Assembly (NCBI GenBank): GCA_964640125.1
Contig: CAZXGG010000006.1
Span: forward strand, 15,756 to 79,755
Direction of reading: 5' to 3'
Length of the DNA: 64,000 nt
Source: an uncultured Rikenellaceae bacterium
GTDB taxonomy: Bacteria > Bacteroidota > Bacteroidia > Bacteroidales > VadinHA17
Below the pieces are notes generated by a model that searched no databases, was not told where the DNA came from, and saw only the letters and a list, made by a program, of their open reading frames with translations. Both the position numbers and the translations under genes were made by a program. Below are positions 37,142 through 43,558 of this stretch, one piece after another; position 1 is the first letter of the stretch, and every line of letters begins with the position of its first letter.

Positions 37142-37565
37142 TAAGCATCATTAAAATCTCTTGTGGCATATCAATGGGTGTCCTTGTTTCATCCAGCAAT
37201 AACGTTTTAACAGTTGCTTTTGATACCTTTTTATTTGAACCGGATTGAAGCATTTCATGATGAAAAATCAGATAGGGATCTTCCCTTCCAATGGATGTGT
37301 TGATCACCAGTTTATCAAAAAGTTTGATCTCTCTAATGTATTTAATGTGTGTCTCAACCACAACCAGAAAATTACCCGATTTCCTGAAGAAGTCAATGAG
37401 TCCTTTCTCCTTCATAATCTCCCACCTTGCATGTTCGAAATAGTTGAGATAAACGGCATTGTTCACATGGTTGAATGAATCGAGCTCATATCCCCTAACC
37501 TCAACAAAACTTTGAAACATAGATATAATTATTAAATGATTTGTCTGCCGGAAATTATTCATCAC
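37134..37565 (-). CDS. hotdog-fold acyl-CoA/ACP thioesterase (4HBT/YbgC family)
   Basis: 'VEVRGYELDSFNHVNNAVYLNYFEHARWE' is the typical 4HBT N-terminal motif. The true start may be 'MFQSF' at 37520. Confidence 0.8.
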   Translation of the reverse strand: MMNNFRQTNHLIIISMFQSFVEVRGYELDSFNHVNNAVYLNYFEHARWEIMKEKGLIDFFRKSGNFLVVVETHIKYIREIKLFDKLVINTSIGREDPYLIFHHEMLQSGSNKKVSKATVKTLLLDETRTPIDMPQEILMMLNE

Positions 37566-37608
37566 AGGATAACTTCCATTTGCTTTCCAACATTTTTGTA
37601 TGAAAATA

Positions 37609-37616
37609 CAAATGTA
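37609..37616 (-). promoter_or_regulatory. candidate -7 promoter box (TAnnTTTG on minus strand) for the thioesterase-to-KSIII operon
   Basis: Plus-strand 'caaatgta' is 'TACATTTG' on the minus strand, 44 nt upstream of the ORF start at 37565. Confidence 0.3.
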
Positions 37617-37713
37617 AAAATTAATTTTATTTCAATTTCCCTTAATACAACCTGACGGATACATTCCGTTTAGTATCAATAATAATGAAATAGTGTAAAA
37701 ACATCACAAGGCC

Positions 37714-39072
37714 ATGTCAGATGAAAAGAAGTTAAATCTGGATTACCAGACAATAAAAGAACTGGAGATTATGTATGGTGAAGGCTCCGGTTTAACACTG
37801 TTTGACCTGTTAAACAGAACCGTTACACCCGGAGGAGGTGAATTTTTGCGAAAAAGATTCAAAAATCCGCTTTGCGACAGAGAAGAGATCGTACGCAGGC
37901 AGGCGAGTATAACATACATCATGGACCGGTTTGAAAACTGGGATATTAAGGCATTCAAAACTTTGATGGACCAGGTCGAACAGTATTATTATTCGAAAGC
38001 AGAACCGGTATCCAGTAACCATAAAATTGCCATCTACCTGGAAGGTTTGATTGATGTGATCCGGAACAAAAATTTCCGTAAAACCATCTTTAATGGAACC
38101 CGGATAACCATCGTTTTTATCACCTTGCTTTCAAACTTTTTAAACCGGATTCCTTCAGATGATCTCCCCTCCCTGTTGCTGGAAATAACCGGTGAGATGG
38201 CTCGAATTCTCGGATCTGACCCTTTTTCAAGGATTATCCACAAAGGGTTAGATAAGGGAGTGAGCGCAGCACAACTCATTTACTACGACAAGCTATTCAG
38301 AGAGAAGCATAAGGCAGAAGTAATCAACCTGGTTTCCCTTCTTTACGAACTGGATGTATTGATCTCCATGGCAAAAGCCAATGATGAATACGGTCTTGTT
38401 TTCCCGGAGATTATCGATTCCAGTGAGCCGGAAATGGAAGTCGAGGGATTATACCATCTATTTCTAAAAAATCCAGTTGGTAATTCCACCCGATTCAGTA
38501 ACAAGCGTAATTTTCTTTTCCTGACAGGTCCAAACATGTCCGGGAAAACCACTTTTTTAAAATCTTGTGGCATCGCTGTTTTTCTTACTCATCTCGGAAT
38601 GGGAGTCCCTGCAATTTCCATGCGGGTGAGCCTGTTCCAATGCCTCTTCAGCAGCCTGAACACCACGGATAACCTGAGCCTCGGATACAGCTATTTCTAC
38701 AGCGAGGTCCTCCGGATAAAGAAAGCCGCAGAAAGCCTTCGGAATCATGAAAAATCGTTCATGATATTCGATGAACTATTTAAAGGAACAAATGTAAAGG
38801 ATGCCTACGATGGGTCAATCCTTGTGATCGATGGATTGATGAAATGGAATTCATCACTCTTCATTCTTTCCTCGCATCTGCTGGAACTGGAACATGCAAT
38901 ACGTGACTATCCGAACACTTTTTTTCAGCATTTTGATTCCGATGTTATTAATGGGAAACCGGTTTTTAACTTTGGATTACACGACGGGATATCAAACGAA
39001 AGACTGGGTTTATTGATCCTGAAAAATGAAAAAATCGATGAGATGTTGGTTCCGCAGAATAGAGCGGATTAA
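37714..39072 (+). CDS. MutS-related protein (core + ATPase domains only; no mismatch-binding domain)
   Basis: 452 aa. 'LDYQTIKELEI...LFDLLNRTVTPGGGEFLRKRFKNPL' (MutS domain III start). Walker A 'LTGPNMSGKTTFLK'. 'IFDELFKGTN' (Walker B region). Confidence 0.8.
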   Translation: MSDEKKLNLDYQTIKELEIMYGEGSGLTLFDLLNRTVTPGGGEFLRKRFKNPLCDREEIVRRQASITYIMDRFENWDIKAFKTLMDQVEQYYYSKAEPVSSNHKIAIYLEGLIDVIRNKNFRKTIFNGTRITIVFITLLSNFLNRIPSDDLPSLLLEITGEMARILGSDPFSRIIHKGLDKGVSAAQLIYYDKLFREKHKAEVINLVSLLYELDVLISMAKANDEYGLVFPEIIDSSEPEMEVEGLYHLFLKNPVGNSTRFSNKRNFLFLTGPNMSGKTTFLKSCGIAVFLTHLGMGVPAISMRVSLFQCLFSSLNTTDNLSLGYSYFYSEVLRIKKAAESLRNHEKSFMIFDELFKGTNVKDAYDGSILVIDGLMKWNSSLFILSSHLLELEHAIRDYPNTFFQHFDSDVINGKPVFNFGLHDGISNERLGLLILKNEKIDEMLVPQNRAD

Positions 39073-39452
39073 TTGCTTGTCTCTTCCACCTCAATAAAAT
39101 TAAATGGCGATAACACCAGCTTTTTCAATACATGTCCAAGCTCATACATATCATCATCTCCCACCTCATAATGCCAGTTGACAACCATTTTTTTCTGATG
39201 CCCTTCGACTTCTCCCAATATCTTAAGTATGTTGTAAATCCACTTGGTTGCTGCCGTATTAATATATTCAAACTTCAGGTCAATTGTAGTATGATCTGCC
39301 AATGATTTAGCATATTCTTTTATCCAAACCATCACCGGTTTGAAAAAATCTGCCGGGTTTTCGGGAATTGCCCGGCCGATAAACTGGAGATCGCCATCTT
39401 GTAAACTAACGAGTGGGGACTTCCGGGTAGATTCAATAAGTAAGTCTTGCAT
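39069..39452 (-). CDS. DUF1987 / SiaC-like small regulatory protein
   Basis: 127 aa. 'IESTRKSPLVSLQDGDLQFIGRAIPENPADFFKPVMVWIKEY' matches my recollection of the DUF1987 N-terminus. Convergent 4-nt overlap with the MutS-related gene. Confidence 0.5.
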   Translation of the reverse strand: MQDLLIESTRKSPLVSLQDGDLQFIGRAIPENPADFFKPVMVWIKEYAKSLADHTTIDLKFEYINTAATKWIYNILKILGEVEGHQKKMVVNWHYEVGDDDMYELGHVLKKLVLSPFNFIEVEETSN

Positions 39453-39606
39453 ATCTATTTTATTCTTTTATTGCCTGGAATAAAAATAAAACAATTAATT
39501 CAAAAGTAAAAACCAACTTTCCTTCCCCATCCATCATCCGCGGCTCACAAACAACCCGAAGATGCTCTGATCTATCTATTTACCGGCGATTACACCTCAT
39601 TCGATG

Positions 39607-40758
39607 CTACGACCTGAAGATGAACATCGGGATGGCAGTTTGCTGAATCATCCGTTTCAGATTATTCGGGCTCAGCAAACGATATATCATACTTCTCCTG
39701 GGATTCGTAAATGAAATGATATGAATATTCTCTTCTTTAACAAAATCCATTATCCCATTGATCATGTCCTCGTTCTTGATTAACCGAAGATCGATGGAAT
39801 AATTGCTGTAATCCTGCTCGATCACCTCCTGAAGTTCACGCATTTTTTGAACTTTCAGTATGTTATCATCCTCATTCTCAACATGAATGCAGAAGTATTT
39901 CACCTTGAAAGGAGCCATAAGGGCAAGCAGTGTTCTTAAGGAGGTGAAATCGGAATCGAGGAAATCCGTGGCATAGAGAAGATTGATATTTTCCACACCC
40001 TGAAATTCAGCCTCCTGCGGAATGACCAGTAATGGAACAGTTACATTTTGGGCTATTTTCAAACAGAGCATTTCAGACAGTTGGTTTATCTTATCTGGTT
40101 CCCTGCTAGTACCCAGAATAATTAATTCTGGCCGATACTGGCTACTCATCTGAATAATTTCACTATCCAGTGATCCCAGCGCCATTGAATAGTGAATTCT
40201 TGCCCTTGTAACTGTTTCAGGTTTTACTTTTTCTTTCAATTTCGACGTGAATGTAAAAATATTTTCTTTACACCTCTCCTCGATCAACTGTAACTCTTCG
40301 TCATGATATTTTTCAAAGGTACTTGTTTGCTTTATTCGCTGTTCCTTAAGGGGATCATCGTATACATGGAAAAGACGAATTTCACCGTGCAGGTTCTCAG
40401 CCAGGCTGATGGCATATTGGGATGCTGTCACAGCCACATCCGAAAAGTCAACCGGGACCAGAATTTTCCTGAAGTGTATTGCTTTCTGATCATCCAGTTT
40501 CCCGTATTTGCCTGTCAATTCCAGGATTACCCCGACAGCTTTCTCAACATCGCAATCCTTCACTTTTACCTTCACCCCTGCGGTCCTTTTCATTTTTCTT
40601 GATGTGTTGCTTTCATCGAATGCAAGGAAAGATTCAATACTGCACGAATCAAGATGGCTTTTAAGAAAATAGGCTGCCTGGGAATTCCCCAGTGTAATAA
40701 TATTAATCAAGGTGCTGCTCATAGCCGGGTCATTGAGAATGTGATCATTTTTTGCCAC
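39607..40758 (-). CDS. universal stress protein, tandem UspA domains with an extra N-terminal domain
   Basis: 383 aa. 'ILVPVDFSDVAVTASQYAISLAENLHGEIRLFHV', plus a second Usp-like half ('LLYATDF...YFCIHV'). Confidence 0.72.
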   Translation of the reverse strand: MAKNDHILNDPAMSSTLINIITLGNSQAAYFLKSHLDSCSIESFLAFDESNTSRKMKRTAGVKVKVKDCDVEKAVGVILELTGKYGKLDDQKAIHFRKILVPVDFSDVAVTASQYAISLAENLHGEIRLFHVYDDPLKEQRIKQTSTFEKYHDEELQLIEERCKENIFTFTSKLKEKVKPETVTRARIHYSMALGSLDSEIIQMSSQYRPELIILGTSREPDKINQLSEMLCLKIAQNVTVPLLVIPQEAEFQGVENINLLYATDFLDSDFTSLRTLLALMAPFKVKYFCIHVENEDDNILKVQKMRELQEVIEQDYSNYSIDLRLIKNEDMINGIMDFVKEENIHIISFTNPRRSMIYRLLSPNNLKRMIQQTAIPMFIFRS

Positions 40759-40877
40759 TAAAATTTACAAAATATTATGGTTATTTCCCACTCCCGGAAG
40801 GTATAAAAGGTCTTACCAATGAAGCAAAAAATGATCTATGAGGATGGGAACAGGTTCTCTATAAAGGAATTGGGGTG

Positions 40878-42023
40878 TTATTCAAAGATTACCGGGTATA
40901 CCAGCTGCACGTTTACTTTTTCACCGTTTTGCCTCCCGGATCTCCATCTTGGGGAGGATTTAACCACCCTGATTGCCTCCTGGTCCAGCAACGGATCAAC
41001 TACCTGTATCGCCTTAACGTCTTCCACTTTTCCGTATGTATTAACTATAAACTGGATCAATACTTCCCCGGTAACACCACGTTCTCTTGCGTTTTCAGGA
41101 TATTTCAGATTCTTGCGGATATAATCATTAAAATCCTGATATCCGTTGACGGAGAACTGCGGCATTTCATCAACCCATGTCAAGAAAAGAGTGCCCGTTG
41201 CAGTTCTTCCAGTATCCCCTTTTTCCAATCCTGTCTCAACATCCATGTCGGCTGATACATGTTTTACGGGCAGGGTAACAAATTTTCTGGCTGCTGACTT
41301 TCCAGCTTCAGATACGGTTTTAACCTCAACACCGGCAACCTGTTTAACTCCTTCAATCAAAAGGGTATCCACTGGTTCATCCGGTATCATCTCCTCAGCT
41401 GCTTGTGCAAGACGAACATCCCTTTCGGGGATAGCTTTTTCTTCCATTTCTCTGACACCGGTAATAACAATCGTTTCTTCCGTTAATTCAGGTTCCTGGT
41501 TATCAAGATGGGCGGTTGATGAATCCGGGCGCTTGGACAGTTCAGGAGGAGTTTCAATTTGTGCTTCAGATGTTGGTTCTTCCACCCGTGTAATCTGATC
41601 CTCACTTTTCATTTCTTCCTCCTGTATCTGTTCGGCCACATAGTTTTCGTGACGGAAAATATCGGTATTTATAAGACCAAATATCCCAAGAATGATAAGT
41701 ATTGTTGCTGCTGCAGAGATGTATGTTAATGTAGGATTAAGCCTTCTTTCTCTACCATAAAGCATCTTTGTGGGCCTGGTTGAATACCTGCTTCTGATTT
41801 TTTTTCGCAGGGCTAAAACAAGCTCGTGCTGCCTCTTTTGATCGGTGATGTTCTTATATCCCTCAACCGCATCCCTGCACATTTCACACTCCACTATATG
41901 CTGCCTGACAACCTCCAGGTCCTTATTGCTGAGCCTGCCTGAATGATACCGGTTAATAGCATCCAGGGTTAAACAACCCGAAGGATTGAACAGATTACGA
42001 GTATGTTTTGATTTAACCATCAC
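40878..42023 (-). CDS. anti-sigma factor (zf-HC2) with single TM and C-terminal TonB_C domain
   Basis: 381 aa. 'HIVECEMCRDAV' (Hx3Cx2C). TM 'YISAAATILIILGIFGLI'. Acidic/Pro linker. C-terminal 'GVTGEVLIQFIVNTYGKVEDVKAI...DPLLDQEAIRVVKSSPRWRSGRQNGEKV'. Overlaps the sigma gene stop by 11 nt. Confidence 0.8.
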   Translation of the reverse strand: MMVKSKHTRNLFNPSGCLTLDAINRYHSGRLSNKDLEVVRQHIVECEMCRDAVEGYKNITDQKRQHELVLALRKKIRSRYSTRPTKMLYGRERRLNPTLTYISAAATILIILGIFGLINTDIFRHENYVAEQIQEEEMKSEDQITRVEEPTSEAQIETPPELSKRPDSSTAHLDNQEPELTEETIVITGVREMEEKAIPERDVRLAQAAEEMIPDEPVDTLLIEGVKQVAGVEVKTVSEAGKSAARKFVTLPVKHVSADMDVETGLEKGDTGRTATGTLFLTWVDEMPQFSVNGYQDFNDYIRKNLKYPENARERGVTGEVLIQFIVNTYGKVEDVKAIQVVDPLLDQEAIRVVKSSPRWRSGRQNGEKVNVQLVYPVIFE

Positions 42024-42705
42024 CTCTGTTCAGGATTTTTTGTAAATTTCTTTTGCCATTCTGTATATAACTTTTTACCTGCTTGAGGTTGTAGCCCGTA
42101 AGGCTGGCGATCTCTTTATACGACTTGTCCTTCAGGTACATCAACTCAATGCATTTCGATTGCTCTATTGACAGCATCGCAATTCCACTTGAAAGTGCTT
42201 CCAACATATGATCCAGTTCTTTCTTATTGTTTAGATGCATTTCGTCTTCAGATTCCATAACCGATTCTCTTAATTTAATCAGTTCAGCTTCATGGTATCT
42301 GTTTACTGTCCGAATTCTTCTCAATTGTATCAGACAATGATTCCTGGTAAGGGTGTACAACCAGGATTTAAAATGATCCACACGATGGTTCACCAGATCA
42401 TCCATCAGGTTTTCAAATATCTGCATCACAGCATCTTTTGAATCTTCTTCACTCTTCAGATATTTTAGACATATACCCAACACCAGGTGGGTGTATCGTT
42501 CAAACAAAATACCGATCCATTCCGGATCACGATCCTCCCGATACCACGCGATTATCTCCTGGTCGCTGTATTGATCCGGCTTCTCTTTTCCACCCTTATG
42601 TGCTAATCTGAGAAACAAAACAATGTTTTGATTTTTTAGTTTATAACAAAAGTAATAAAAAGGTGCACCAAATATAAAACCGCAAAAAGCAAGCCGGAAA
42701 TCCAA
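42013..42705 (-). CDS. ECF-type RNA polymerase sigma-70 factor
   Basis: Region 2 'ILFERYTHLVLGICLKYL...DAVMQIFENL...FKSWLYTLTRNHCL'. Region 4 'CIELMYLKDKSYKEIASLTGYNLKQVKSYIQNGKRNL'. The first ~45 aa of the track ORF are hydrophobic and probably not translated, so the start is uncertain. Confidence 0.82.
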   Translation of the reverse strand: MDFRLAFCGFIFGAPFYYFCYKLKNQNIVLFLRLAHKGGKEKPDQYSDQEIIAWYREDRDPEWIGILFERYTHLVLGICLKYLKSEEDSKDAVMQIFENLMDDLVNHRVDHFKSWLYTLTRNHCLIQLRRIRTVNRYHEAELIKLRESVMESEDEMHLNNKKELDHMLEALSSGIAMLSIEQSKCIELMYLKDKSYKEIASLTGYNLKQVKSYIQNGKRNLQKILNRGDG

Positions 42706-42832
42706 TCGGTAGTAAACAGTTCGTTACTTCAAAATCTTTGAGTTACCCATTTTTTCAGAAAAAAATATGGCATTTCATTATGGAATTTAAATCACAACTG
42801 CATCCCATTAATGAAATCAAAACATATTTATT

Positions 42833-43513
42833 ATGGAAATCAAAAAGAACAAGAGCGTTAATCTTGAAAATAGAAAGGGAACTTTTTTGCAATTAGGTTT
42901 CATCATCACACTTTCATTGATTTTGATCGCTTTTGAATGGATAACCACAGAAAAAGGCATTCAGGATTATGAAATAACGTTTGGTGATGGTAATGTTGAG
43001 ACAGACATAATACGTACCTACAGGAAAAAAGAGGAGGTCCGTCCTCCGATCCCAAAGATTACTGAGGAGTTTGTAATCCGGCAGGATACTGCAGATCTAA
43101 CTCACCTTTTTGAACCGCCAGACCAGGAAATAACCATGGAAACGGAAAAATGGGAGCCACCCGAGTACATTGAACCTGAGGTCACAGAACCAACAATCTT
43201 TGTGGTCGCAGAGGTAATGCCCAGATTTCGTGGTGGTGATCTTAAATCATTCTGGAAATATGTCCAATCTGAAATCACCTATCCCGAAGAAGCAAGAAGG
43301 TTAGGTATTGACGGTACGGTTATTGTACAATTCGTTGTGAATGAAAAAGGGTATGTTTCAAGGGTGACTTTGACCAGAAGTATTGATCCATACCTGGATC
43401 AGGAGGCTGTTCGTGTAATTAGCTCATCCCCTCAATGGGAGCCGGGCATTCAGGCCGGGAATCCGGTGTCTGTCCTGTTCTCCATCCCGGTTAAGTTTGA
43501 GCTTAAATATTAA
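42833..43513 (+). CDS. tonB: energy transducer TonB
   Basis: 226 aa. N-terminal TM 'FLQLGFIITLSLILIAFEW'. Pro/Glu-rich spacer. C-terminal 'GIDGTVIVQFVVNEKGYVSRVTL...DPYLDQEAVRVISSSPQWEPG'. Confidence 0.85.
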   Translation: MEIKKNKSVNLENRKGTFLQLGFIITLSLILIAFEWITTEKGIQDYEITFGDGNVETDIIRTYRKKEEVRPPIPKITEEFVIRQDTADLTHLFEPPDQEITMETEKWEPPEYIEPEVTEPTIFVVAEVMPRFRGGDLKSFWKYVQSEITYPEEARRLGIDGTVIVQFVVNEKGYVSRVTLTRSIDPYLDQEAVRVISSSPQWEPGIQAGNPVSVLFSIPVKFELKY

Positions 43514-43558
43514 GTCATTGTATAAAAACAGATTATCACAAATTAAAAAGAATGTATC

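Noticed and set aside
1-37565. Analogy to the proposed ladderane-lipid clusters of anammox bacteria (FAS genes + radical SAM enzymes + phytoene-desaturase-like gene).
   Set aside because: The gene-content resemblance is superficial. The TAL, C45, GT2, MMPL and acyltransferase set points to aryl-polyene/flexirubin logic, and I have no sequence-level evidence linking these rSAMs to the anammox ones. I kept it only as a comparison to run.
41146-41598. 150-aa plus-strand ORF rich in Ser/Thr.
   Set aside because: It is antisense to the acidic linker of the anti-sigma/TonB_C protein, so it is a compositional artefact.
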